Assembly: GCA_001770205.1 (NCBI GenBank)
Contig: MEQL01000042.1
Location: 1-64,000, forward strand
Source of the DNA: Bdellovibrionales bacterium RIFOXYD12_FULL_39_22
GTDB taxonomy: Bacteria; Bdellovibrionota; Bacteriovoracia; Bacteriovoracales; Bacteriovoracaceae
DNA: 64,000 bases
Direction: 5' to 3'
Positions 19,860 to 29,112 of this stretch are shown piece by piece. Made by a program: the position numbers and the translations under genes. How positions within the stretch are numbered: position 1 is the first letter of the stretch; the number at the start of each line of letters is the position of its first letter. The notes under the pieces were generated by a model, which did not search any database, was not told the origin of the DNA, and saw nothing but the letters and a program-made list of their open reading frames with translations.

Positions 19860-19871
19860 TCCTTGGCCAGA

Positions 19872-20618
19872 TTAAAAAATAATACTGCTGGCCTTGATCC
19901 AGCCTTTCTTACGATCTGCCAATTCTATTTGCACCCATTCATTTCCTAGTTTATCGGTGATTTCAAATTCGGCCCCAGAATGCAATGAAAAAAGTAAGAT
20001 ATTATTTTGTCCAGTAGCAGAATAGACATTGGCCTCCGAAACAGTTACAACTCCAAAATCCTTTTGGAAGGCAAAATCATTTATATAGATCACCATAAAT
20101 CCACAAAATAAAATTGCCAGCGAAAAACTGCTCCAGCGCAACCACTCCGTTTTGTAGAAAGAATTAATAATTAAAAAAATCCAGAAGGCCATATGCAAGA
20201 AGGCTAAAAAATATATTTGCTCCTTTTTGCTCAATAGATTTTTTAAAGAAATAGCATCTATCCAACTGGCCTTGAGATTCTCGATTTTATCCTGGGCCTT
20301 CTTTTGCGCATATTCTAAATTATATTTTACATCACCATCTCTGGGCATTAATTGCAAGGCCTTCTTATAATGGAAGATGGCCGACCCTAATTGATTATCT
20401 TTAAAGTAAAAACTTCCCAAGTTATAGTGGGCCACTCCGTTTTCACCCGCCAGACCTTCATCGGCCATAGCTTGTTTTAGCAAAGCTATGGCCTTGCTAT
20501 AATCGCCTTGATCATACTCTGCCAAGGCACTATTCATAAAGGTCTCAGCGGACGCGATATAGGAGAAAATCGACACATAGAAAAGTAGCGATAAGATTGC
20601 TGCAATTTTTACTTTCAT
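19872..20618 (-). CDS. batE: BatE-like TPR + TM + SH3 protein
   Basis: TPR (HYNLGS..AIFHYKKALQLMPRD), two TMs, C-terminal SH3b (LHSGAEF..WVQIEL..KGWI). Confidence 0.85.
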   Translation of the reverse strand: MKVKIAAILSLLFYVSIFSYIASAETFMNSALAEYDQGDYSKAIALLKQAMADEGLAGENGVAHYNLGSFYFKDNQLGSAIFHYKKALQLMPRDGDVKYNLEYAQKKAQDKIENLKASWIDAISLKNLLSKKEQIYFLAFLHMAFWIFLIINSFYKTEWLRWSSFSLAILFCGFMVIYINDFAFQKDFGVVTVSEANVYSATGQNNILLFSLHSGAEFEITDKLGNEWVQIELADRKKGWIKASSIIF

Positions 20619-22456
20619 CGTTTAATCTCTTTTTCTAATTTCCGCACTAATAGGTCACATTTGGTAATTAGCTCGGCCAACGAATATTTTATCTCTCCAC
20701 CGTAAATACCTCCTTCAAATAATTTTAACAGTTCATAGATGGAGGTGCGCAGTTGCGATGAAGCAATATAATCTTTTGTCTTTTTTTCTACATCATTTGG
20801 AGTAAGGGCCATGCCATCAAAATCCAATCGGTCTCCGAGATATGCGCGAAAGGTATTGGAAAGGTCAACAACCTTCATCTGGCCAGTCTTAAACGAGGCC
20901 AGTTTCCTTTTATAACTTTTATAGGCCTGGGTTTTTCGGGCCAATCCACGATCTTCTTCGAAGCGCTGTCTTCGCCAGGCCAAAACTTGTAACAAAAGAT
21001 AAAAAAACAATGGGAGTAACGATAGGGTAACAACGGCATACAACTCTCTTTTCCCAATAGGGAGACCTTTCCATTGCCCACCGCTACCATTTCGTTTAAT
21101 CGGCATTAAATCTTGCCCTAACATTTTTATGGCCCGCCGTTGATCTACAACTTTATTATCTTCATTTGCCTGAACGATAGACAATTTTTCATCTACGGCC
21201 TTACTTATCTGTAACGTCATTGATTCTGTCTTTGCCACTTCATACTGTCCGCTGTGAGGATTATAAAAGACAAATTCGATGGCCGGAAGGATCAGTTGCC
21301 CATCTTTTTGAGGAACCAGGCCATATTTAAAAATTTTTTGGCCCACAACAACTTCTTTATCTGTTCTGATATCTACTGTTGGTTTATCCTCATAAATTTT
21401 AAATCCCTCAAATTGCATTGGAGGCAAGCTAATATCTCGAATATTTCCCTCTCCGGTTATGGACAGCGATAATGTTGCAGATTCTCCTACCATCAGATTA
21501 TTTTTTGAAAGCTCCGACTGAATAGAAAAACGGCCGATATGTCCCGTAAAATTGGCCGGCCGATTACTGGATGGAAGTTGACTGACTGCTACACTTAAGG
21601 ACTTCGTCTTCAAACGAACCTGTTTGACCTGCTGAAACCCGCCAAAAAATCCGCCAAAAAGAGAACCGCCTCGTCGGGCGCGGCCACTGTCATCGACTAC
21701 ACTGGCCACCAACTCTGCCGGTTCAATCGTAAGTGTCCCAACTTTAGTCGGAAAAAGAGCGTGACGAATTTCTGTAACATTCCACTCTATCCCGTTAATC
21801 ACCGTACGAAAACGGCGTTGTTCTCCTAAATCTTCTTTCACAAAACCTTCAAATTGTGGCCACTTACCGATATTGGCACCAGAAATCCCTACCCTGTCAA
21901 AAAATCTGAAGGTATAGATAATTTGCTGGTTAACGACTGCCGATTTGCTATCGATAGTCGCTTGCACGAAATAACCTCGTTCGCCCAAGCGCTCATCTTG
22001 GCCAACAGATTCATTACTCGGGGATTGATTCCCTTCAGCGGCGCTTTCCCCTTCAGTGGAAAATACTTGCATTTCAATAGCGTTACTTTGAATTTTTGAC
22101 CCATTAAGTTCTAAAATTGCCGGGCCTAATGAAAATGTTCCTGCGCTTTTAGGGGCGAGATTGTAGTAAAAACTTTTTTCAACACTCATCGAACCATTGA
22201 CAATCTGCACACTCTGGCCTGAGCTTTGAGAGACAATTTCAAAATTATCCATCCCCGCAACAGATAAATTGCCGGCGTTATTTGCCCCGCGTACGGCAAT
22301 TTGCAATTGTACTTCATCTTCTAATGCCATGCTATTTTTATCAACACTCAACTCTACTGAGATTTGAGCATAGCTTTTGACTGATACAAATAACATCACG
22401 ACAAGCAAAAAAATTATTGTTAGAAGGCCTTTTACCACTTTGTTCACAATTACCAA
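20615..22456 (-). CDS. batD: BatD family protein
   Basis: Signal peptide, three Ig-like BatD repeats, TM, position in bat operon. Confidence 0.88.
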   Translation of the reverse strand: MVIVNKVVKGLLTIIFLLVVMLFVSVKSYAQISVELSVDKNSMALEDEVQLQIAVRGANNAGNLSVAGMDNFEIVSQSSGQSVQIVNGSMSVEKSFYYNLAPKSAGTFSLGPAILELNGSKIQSNAIEMQVFSTEGESAAEGNQSPSNESVGQDERLGERGYFVQATIDSKSAVVNQQIIYTFRFFDRVGISGANIGKWPQFEGFVKEDLGEQRRFRTVINGIEWNVTEIRHALFPTKVGTLTIEPAELVASVVDDSGRARRGGSLFGGFFGGFQQVKQVRLKTKSLSVAVSQLPSSNRPANFTGHIGRFSIQSELSKNNLMVGESATLSLSITGEGNIRDISLPPMQFEGFKIYEDKPTVDIRTDKEVVVGQKIFKYGLVPQKDGQLILPAIEFVFYNPHSGQYEVAKTESMTLQISKAVDEKLSIVQANEDNKVVDQRRAIKMLGQDLMPIKRNGSGGQWKGLPIGKRELYAVVTLSLLPLFFYLLLQVLAWRRQRFEEDRGLARKTQAYKSYKRKLASFKTGQMKVVDLSNTFRAYLGDRLDFDGMALTPNDVEKKTKDYIASSQLRTSIYELLKLFEGGIYGGEIKYSLAELITKCDLLVRKLEKEIKR

Positions 22457-24276
22457 TCCTTTTCTACCTGATATTGTCCACTGCTTTTTAACTTTTCTTT
22501 TAAATATTTACTGCGATCCTCTTGCAAATTTGAAAGCACACGCGCGGCCTCCTCTTGATTCATTTTTTTATCTTTCTCATTCTCACTCATAGAACCATCT
22601 GCGGAAGTTGCTTGCGCTGGTTGCTCTTCTGGCGGCCGTTTATTTTTTTCATCTTCTTGCTTGTTAGCATTTTGCTTATCCTCTTCCTTTTGTCCATCCT
22701 TTTTTTCTTGTTGTTGCTCTTTTGCACTTTGCTCTTTTTTATCTTGATTCTCTTTTTGATCTTGTTGCTGCTGTTGTTGATCTTGCTGATTCTGATTCTG
22801 ATTCTGATTTTGGTTTTGGTTTTGTTGATTTTGTTGCTGCTTTTTCATCTCTTCTAGGCGTCGCTTCAGCTCCTCACGTGTCTTCTCTAAATTGTATTTG
22901 GCATCTTGATCATCTGGGTCTAAATCTAGTGCCTTTTGATAAAACTCGATGGCCTCTTTGAGTTTTCCCTGCTTATTGGCCACATTGCCCAGATTATAAT
23001 AAGATTTCTGTGTAAGATCTTTATCACCATAGATGGCCGTCTGGGTAAAAAGTTTTTCTGCATCTTCAAATTGGTTCATCTTGTAGTAGGTGCTGCCTAA
23101 GTTATATTTCAGATCATAATCATTCGGACGCTCAATCTGCTGATCCAAAAATCCCTTTAGTGCCTCTTGATATTTTTCCGCTTTGTAAAGTGAAGTTGGA
23201 TCTGAGTTAAAGTCAAAAATCCCTGCGGAGGCACTATTTATAGGTAGAGTAAAAATAAAAATTAGCGGAAAAAGGAAAACAAAAAGTTTTCCACTCGCAC
23301 GCTCTTTGTAAAAAATTTCTAAAAAAAGCAAGAGTAATGCCAAGAGTAATGGCCACTGAAAACGCTCTTCAAAGCGTTGTCGTCGGCCACTTTTTAGTTC
23401 TTTATCTTCTACATCTTTATTAATACTCTCATAAATTTTTTCCAAATCCATATCACCAGTTATGGATCGCACGTAGCTACCACCCGTTTCCAGTGCAATT
23501 TTTTGTAAACTCTCCTCCTCCAGCAGAGAAATAATCATCTCCCCATTCCGATCTTTTTTAAGGCCACCACTGCCATCTGGAATTGGTGCACCTCCTTCTT
23601 TGCCAATACCTACCGTAAAAATTTTAATCTGCTGCGCACGCGCCTCCTTAGCAACTTCTAATGCATGGCCACTATGATCTTCTCCGTCCGTAATCAAAAT
23701 CAAAACACGCGACTTTTTATCTGTCTGATCAAAACTTTTAATCGCAATTTGCATGGCCTCCGCAATGTTTGTTCCCGGCACGGGAATAAGTTCTGTAGTT
23801 AAATCATCTAAAAATATTTGCACGGCCCCATAATCTAGAGTTAGTGGACTCTGTAAAAAGGCCGTTCCGGCAAATGCCACCAGTCCCACGCGATCGCCAT
23901 TTAGTATCTGCATAAGATCAATAATCTCGCGTTTAGCACGCTCTAGGCGATTGGGGGAAACATCTTGGGCCAACATACTTTGTGAAACATCTAAAGCGAT
24001 GATAATATCAACACCCCGACGTTTTACCTCTTCCCAATGATAACCCCACTTGGGACGAATAAGGGCCACTATCAATAAAAAGACTGCTGCAATAATTAGA
24101 AAAATTTTAAATTTCTGTCTGGAATAAGATACACCCTGCAATAAGCGGCCTTTTAGGGCCGGCCCAACAAAAAGATCAATTAATTTTTGCTTGCGCTTAA
24201 AGGCCCAAATATAAAAAAATAGCAATGCGGGAACCAGCCAAAGCATCCATAAAAATTGTAAATTACCAAATTTCAC
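22450..24276 (-). CDS. batB: BatB (VWA) fused to BatC-like TPR and Q/N/K/E-rich tail
   Basis: DVSQSMLAQDVSPNRL, PLTLD, ITDGEDH; TPRs YNLG; QN-rich linker; C-terminal EKDW. Confidence 0.88.
   Translation of the reverse strand: MKFGNLQFLWMLWLVPALLFFYIWAFKRKQKLIDLFVGPALKGRLLQGVSYSRQKFKIFLIIAAVFLLIVALIRPKWGYHWEEVKRRGVDIIIALDVSQSMLAQDVSPNRLERAKREIIDLMQILNGDRVGLVAFAGTAFLQSPLTLDYGAVQIFLDDLTTELIPVPGTNIAEAMQIAIKSFDQTDKKSRVLILITDGEDHSGHALEVAKEARAQQIKIFTVGIGKEGGAPIPDGSGGLKKDRNGEMIISLLEEESLQKIALETGGSYVRSITGDMDLEKIYESINKDVEDKELKSGRRQRFEERFQWPLLLALLLLFLEIFYKERASGKLFVFLFPLIFIFTLPINSASAGIFDFNSDPTSLYKAEKYQEALKGFLDQQIERPNDYDLKYNLGSTYYKMNQFEDAEKLFTQTAIYGDKDLTQKSYYNLGNVANKQGKLKEAIEFYQKALDLDPDDQDAKYNLEKTREELKRRLEEMKKQQQNQQNQNQNQNQNQNQQDQQQQQQDQKENQDKKEQSAKEQQQEKKDGQKEEDKQNANKQEDEKNKRPPEEQPAQATSADGSMSENEKDKKMNQEEAARVLSNLQEDRSKYLKEKLKSSGQYQVEKDW
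22760..22840. repeat. Low-complexity hexamer/trimer repeat encoding the Q/N linker of BatB-C
   Basis: TGATTC x3 then TGATTT/TGGTTT variants and TTG/CTG runs. Confidence 0.8.
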
Positions 24277-24290
24277 ATGATCCCCCTATC

Positions 24291-25277
24291 TCACGGAATC
24301 TTTCTAAGTTTCGTGTTACCCAAAACAACTTCCACCAATAAAAAGAGCAGACCGACAATTACAAAGAAATGAAATAACTCGTTATACTCGGTATACTCTT
24401 TAACCTTAACTTCCGTTTTTTCTAAGCGATCGATCTCTTCATAAATTTTTTCTAACTCCTGCGTATCTGTGGCGCGATAATATTTACCGCCAGTAATATG
24501 TGCCACTTCCTGCAACGTCCCTTCATCCAAATCAACCTCTTGATACTGATAAGTCGGGCCAAAAATTCCCTGCTGCAAGAAAGGAGCAGGCCCTCTGGTT
24601 CCAACCCCGATAGTATAAATTTTTATACCAAATGTCTTACTAAGTTCGGCGGCCTGCACGGGGGAAATCCGGCCAGAATTGCTACGCCCATCTGTTAACA
24701 AAATAATAATTTTACTTTTGGACTTCAACTCCTTTATGCGGTTAATACTAATTCCAATCCCCGATCCTATGGCCGTACTTTGCCCGGCCATTCCCAATTC
24801 AATTTTTTTTAAAAACTCTACTAAAATTCCATGATCTAGTGTCAATGGGCATTGAGTGTAGGCATCATCTCCAAAAACCACAATTCCCATCCTATCGGCA
24901 GCACGTTTATCAATGAAATCGGCCACTACTTTTTTTACAATATCCAAACGCTGAACTCGCTCTCCTTTTAATTCAAAATCTAAAGCGGCCATACTTCCCG
25001 AAGTATCTAGTGCTAATACAATATCAACTCCTTCTGAACTAATTTCAGAAAAAGTTTTTCCGGATTGTGGCCGGGCCATGGCCAAAATTAGGGCCACCAG
25101 GCCCAACGACCTAAGAACTAATAAAATTTGACGTGGATGAAAGCTAGATTTTTTTCCAATTTTTTTCAACGTCTCTATGCTAGAAAACCGAATCCTGCCA
25201 CCGCTATGTCTTCCGTAATAAATCAAAGGGACCAGCAAAAAAATTAACGCTAGAAAAGCGGGATTGGCAAACCTCAT
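24291..25277 (-). CDS. batA: BatA VWA-domain protein
   Basis: MRFANP, ARPQ, DTSGSMAALDF, CPLTLDH, LTDG, YTIGVG, IDRLEK. Confidence 0.92.
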   Translation of the reverse strand: MRFANPAFLALIFLLVPLIYYGRHSGGRIRFSSIETLKKIGKKSSFHPRQILLVLRSLGLVALILAMARPQSGKTFSEISSEGVDIVLALDTSGSMAALDFELKGERVQRLDIVKKVVADFIDKRAADRMGIVVFGDDAYTQCPLTLDHGILVEFLKKIELGMAGQSTAIGSGIGISINRIKELKSKSKIIILLTDGRSNSGRISPVQAAELSKTFGIKIYTIGVGTRGPAPFLQQGIFGPTYQYQEVDLDEGTLQEVAHITGGKYYRATDTQELEKIYEEIDRLEKTEVKVKEYTEYNELFHFFVIVGLLFLLVEVVLGNTKLRKIP

Positions 25278-26221
25278 ACGACCGACTCCTCTTCCACTAC
25301 TTCTTTCAAGGTAGTGCTTTCCACAAAGGCGGTGGCCTGTTTCATAATACGCACCCCTTCCTCCTGGGATAATTTACTATCGGTAAACTTCACCACATCA
25401 GTCATCTGTAATATTTCTAAAAATTCTTTTTTTAAATTATTATCAATGGCCAAATCGCCTCTCATAGATTTTTTTATCTCTTCAATAGTCATATCGGTAA
25501 CTGACAGACTAAAAACGTTCTCAAAATATTTGCGCATTATATCTGATAACGCGAAACTATATCGTTTGCACTCCCCGGCCATCAACAAATCCAAGGCCGC
25601 GAGCTTTGCCAACTCTTGGCGCGCCCACTGATGTGGTGGGATTGATATAACTTCTTCCACTTTGACTTGTTTGCGACGAAACCAATAGATGGACACCAAA
25701 ACTCCAATAAGAATAAGCACCACTAATAAAATTTGCCACCATCGCCAAATGCTTGAGAGTTTGCGCAATTCTTTTATATCCTTTAAAACAAATCCTTCCG
25801 CCTCCTTGCCCTTCAGCACCGAGGCCACTTCAATAAATATTTCGGCGGTAGCAACTTTCTGCTCTACTCCTTTTTTATCTTTGTAAGAGATGTTTACTGC
25901 CGGTAAAATATAAGATCCCGTCATATCTGCACGTAGCTTATACCATCTCGACAAAACAATTTGTCCCTCCACCTCTTTGGAATCTGTCTGGCCAAAATCA
26001 ACAATTCTAAATCCTAAAATATCTCGGCCAACATCAGGAATCTCCACCGCGATATTTTTATCGTGTTCCATTTCAACGGTAAAGGTCACCACATCACCAG
26101 TAGTGACAGTGGCCTTATCTGCTTTAGCACGCACCACCACCTCTGATGCCGCCCACAAAAATGAGAAGTTCAAAAATACAAAAATAAATAAAATTTTAGA
26201 AAAAGACATAACTACTCTCAC
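25274..26221 (-). CDS. Bat-associated protein (BatD-like Ig domain + TM + helical tail)
   Basis: Signal peptide, Ig-like domain, DIKE, TM, PPHQWA..LSDIMRKYFE..DVVKF pattern. Confidence 0.75.
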   Translation of the reverse strand: MRVVMSFSKILFIFVFLNFSFLWAASEVVVRAKADKATVTTGDVVTFTVEMEHDKNIAVEIPDVGRDILGFRIVDFGQTDSKEVEGQIVLSRWYKLRADMTGSYILPAVNISYKDKKGVEQKVATAEIFIEVASVLKGKEAEGFVLKDIKELRKLSSIWRWWQILLVVLILIGVLVSIYWFRRKQVKVEEVISIPPHQWARQELAKLAALDLLMAGECKRYSFALSDIMRKYFENVFSLSVTDMTIEEIKKSMRGDLAIDNNLKKEFLEILQMTDVVKFTDSKLSQEEGVRIMKQATAFVESTTLKEVVEEESVV

Positions 26222-27195
26222 TGCATCTTATCTGCAAAAATTTTCACATCTTCGGTTTTTAAAATATCTTCCATCAAATTACTATAAAGCATCTGGCCTT
26301 TTTGCATCTTATACTCCTCTTCTACCTGCTTAGTAATTTCGGCAAAAGGCTTATTAAATTTTGTTTTATTGGCCTCATAGTAATTTTTTATATCCGCCGG
26401 ATCAGCGCTAATCTTTTTACCAATTTCATCTTCTAAAACACGCTGAACCAATAGTTGCTTTTCAATATTTTCTAATTGCCGCCTAATCTTTCCATCATTT
26501 TGATATTGAAGTTTACGGGCCTTTGCCACTAACAACTCATCGGCAACATACTTTCGCAAAAAGTTTTGCTTGCCATCTTTGCCAGAAAATTCCTTTTTAT
26601 ATGCTTCCGGTAACTGATCCAAGGCCTCATTAACCTCAAAATTAAAAATTGGCCGCCCTTCAATTTTGGCCACAATTTCTCCGCCCTGATTTACCTCTAC
26701 CTTATCTTTTTCAAGCGCTGTCTGATTTTTTAGTTCGAATTTAGCAGCATTATATTTTTTAAGCCGTTCTAGCAAGGCCACGATACGCTTGGAAGAATCT
26801 TGCGAATCAAGAGAACTTTCATCGATGGCCTGCACCGCATAATATTTATGTAGCGCTTTCTCATATTCGCCATTTTCCTCATATAAATTCCCTAACGAAA
26901 AAGAGATTTTCGATTCAGTTTCTTTATCAAGTTTATTGTCAGACAGATATCGCTCATAGGCAACAATGGCCTCACCAACAACGCCCGCAGTTTGTAGTTT
27001 ATTGCCAACTTCTCTATAAAAATCACCTCTCCCACTGATGTGGCCTGAACTAATATTTCTCGCCGGCAACCCCCAAATAGCAAGAATCAGCAAAAGGCCA
27101 ACTAGCAACTGTGATGATAAAAGTATCACCATCCTTGCATCAATCAATTTTCGAGTTCCCTTATTCTCATTCATAGATCCCTTCTCCATCATCAT
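26218..27195 (-). CDS. Membrane-anchored TPR + SurA/PrsA N-terminal-like chaperone
   Basis: N-terminal TM, TPRs, then IVAKIEG...ELLVAKA...IKNYYEANKTKF..PFAEI with no parvulin domain. Confidence 0.7.
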   Translation of the reverse strand: MMMEKGSMNENKGTRKLIDARMVILLSSQLLVGLLLILAIWGLPARNISSGHISGRGDFYREVGNKLQTAGVVGEAIVAYERYLSDNKLDKETESKISFSLGNLYEENGEYEKALHKYYAVQAIDESSLDSQDSSKRIVALLERLKKYNAAKFELKNQTALEKDKVEVNQGGEIVAKIEGRPIFNFEVNEALDQLPEAYKKEFSGKDGKQNFLRKYVADELLVAKARKLQYQNDGKIRRQLENIEKQLLVQRVLEDEIGKKISADPADIKNYYEANKTKFNKPFAEITKQVEEEYKMQKGQMLYSNLMEDILKTEDVKIFADKMQ

Positions 27196-27197
27196 AC

Positions 27198-28100
27198 TTA
27201 TCTACCTGCAATCTTATTACGCTTTCTAAAAAACTCGGCAATCGGCCGGATATAAGACTCCCCCGTATTTATATTAATATAATCGATTCCAGAGGATTGA
27301 AAAAAGTTCTTTTGCTCTTTTAGATTTTTTGCCGAATGCATCTTATACCCACTACGCAGAGAAAAATCTGCGCTATTTACTAAAATGAATTCACCAGTTT
27401 CGGCATCCTCTAATTCGATATAACCGATATTGGGAATTTCCATCTCTTTAGGATCTGTGACCGAAATAGCGATTAATTCATGATGCTTTGCCGTTGTCTG
27501 CACAATTTTTTTATAACCTTCATCTTGAAAATCAGAAATTAAAAAAGCAATAGACTTATGTTTTATCACTTGATTTAAAAATTCCAACGGCACTGCCAGG
27601 TCAGTTTTTCGCGCTTGTGACTTATAGGTCAAAATTTCCCTAATTAATTTCCAAACATGTCCTCGTCCTTTTTTCGGCGGAATGTAATGCTCAACATGAT
27701 CAGAAAAAATAATCAGGCCCACCTTATCATTACTTCGCAAGGCCATATATGCCAACAACGCGGTAATCTCTGCTGAAATCTCATTTTTAAATTTATTCAC
27801 AGTCCCAAAGGCCGAAGAGGCCGACACATCCACCACAAAAATTACCGTTAACTCCCGCTCGTCGCGATAAATCTTAACGAAAGGATGATTCATTCGCGCC
27901 GTAACATTCCAATCAATGGAGCGAATATCATCTCCGGGGGTATACTCGCGCACTTCATCAAACTCCATTCCTCGCCCTTTAAAAGTGCTCTTATATTCCC
28001 CGGCAAATGTATTAGTCACCAAATGCTTGGCACGTAACTGAATTCCTTTAATCTGAGCAATCAACTCTTCACTTAAAAACTCTTGCTTGCTCACCGCCAT
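27198..28100 (-). CDS. DUF58 family protein
   Basis: GEYKSTFKGRGMEFDEVREYTPGDDIRSIDWNVTAR, DVSAS, ISDF. Confidence 0.93.
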   Translation of the reverse strand: MAVSKQEFLSEELIAQIKGIQLRAKHLVTNTFAGEYKSTFKGRGMEFDEVREYTPGDDIRSIDWNVTARMNHPFVKIYRDERELTVIFVVDVSASSAFGTVNKFKNEISAEITALLAYMALRSNDKVGLIIFSDHVEHYIPPKKGRGHVWKLIREILTYKSQARKTDLAVPLEFLNQVIKHKSIAFLISDFQDEGYKKIVQTTAKHHELIAISVTDPKEMEIPNIGYIELEDAETGEFILVNSADFSLRSGYKMHSAKNLKEQKNFFQSSGIDYININTGESYIRPIAEFFRKRNKIAGR

Positions 28101-28122
28101 CTCCTCTTGCTAGGTTTGATCT

Positions 28123-29112
28123 TTATGGAACATCTACTTTATCAAAAATCTTCACTAAAATATCATCGCTAGTAAAATCTTGGGCCTCCGCCTCATAGGA
28201 AGCTATAACTCGATGGCGCATTACATCGGCCGCAATATTCTTAATATCTTGGGGCGTAACATACCCACGTCCTTGCAAGAACGCATAGGCCTTGGCCGCT
28301 TTAATTAAATAAATAGAAGCACGCGGAGAGGCCCCATATTCGATCAAAGATTTTAACTCGGCCAAACCAAAACTTTCTGGATTACGAGTAGCAAATACTA
28401 AATTTGCTACATAATCATAAAGTTTTTCATCGACAAAAATCATATCCACCACTTCGCGCATCTGCATAATTTTTTCTGGCGTCAAAATTGGACGAATCTC
28501 GGCATTATGCGGCCTACTCATTCGTTTCATAATAGCAATCTCTTCATCCTTTTCTGGATACGTAATATTTACCTTCAACATAAATCGATCAACTTGTGCT
28601 TCTGGCAAGGGATAAGTTCCCTCTTGCTCTACCGGATTTTGAGTTGCCATAACAAGAAAGGGTGCCGGGAGCGCAAAAGTCTTATCGCCAATAGTAACTT
28701 GACGCTCTTGCATGGCCTCCAGTAGCGCACTTTGTACTTTGGCCGGAGCGCGATTAATCTCATCGGCCAAAATTACATTCGCAAAAACTGGTCCTTTTTT
28801 CACTGAAAAAGTTCCATCTTTCGGTGAGTAAATTTGAGTACCAATCAAGTCTGCCGGCAATAAATCCGGAGTAAATTGGATACGACTAAACTGTGCCTGA
28901 ATTGCTTTTGCCAGTGTCGCGATTGCCGTAGTCTTGGCCAGGCCGGGAACTCCTTCCACTAGAATATGGCCATTGCCCAAAATTCCAATCAACAATTTGT
29001 CGATCATGTTTCTCTGGCCAACCATAACCTTGTTAACCTCTTCCACCACCTGTGTAATGACAGAAAACTCTTTTTCAACTTTTTGTGTAATTTCTTGTAC
29101 TGATAATCCCAT
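28123..29112 (-). CDS. moxR: MoxR-family AAA+ ATPase
   Basis: EGVPGLAKT, RIQFTPDLLPAD, LADEINRAPAKVQSALLE, ATQNPVEQEGTYPLPEAQVDRF. Confidence 0.95.
   Translation of the reverse strand: MGLSVQEITQKVEKEFSVITQVVEEVNKVMVGQRNMIDKLLIGILGNGHILVEGVPGLAKTTAIATLAKAIQAQFSRIQFTPDLLPADLIGTQIYSPKDGTFSVKKGPVFANVILADEINRAPAKVQSALLEAMQERQVTIGDKTFALPAPFLVMATQNPVEQEGTYPLPEAQVDRFMLKVNITYPEKDEEIAIMKRMSRPHNAEIRPILTPEKIMQMREVVDMIFVDEKLYDYVANLVFATRNPESFGLAELKSLIEYGASPRASIYLIKAAKAYAFLQGRGYVTPQDIKNIAADVMRHRVIASYEAEAQDFTSDDILVKIFDKVDVP

Noticed and set aside
19628..19871. tRNA-Sec or other tRNA near selD
   Set aside because: No cloverleaf or TTCGA T-loop visible; only isolated hairpins
22555..22961. Very hydrophobic plus-strand ORFs (100 aa and 79 aa)
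   Set aside because: Antisense shadows of the Q/K/E/N-rich BatB-C linker
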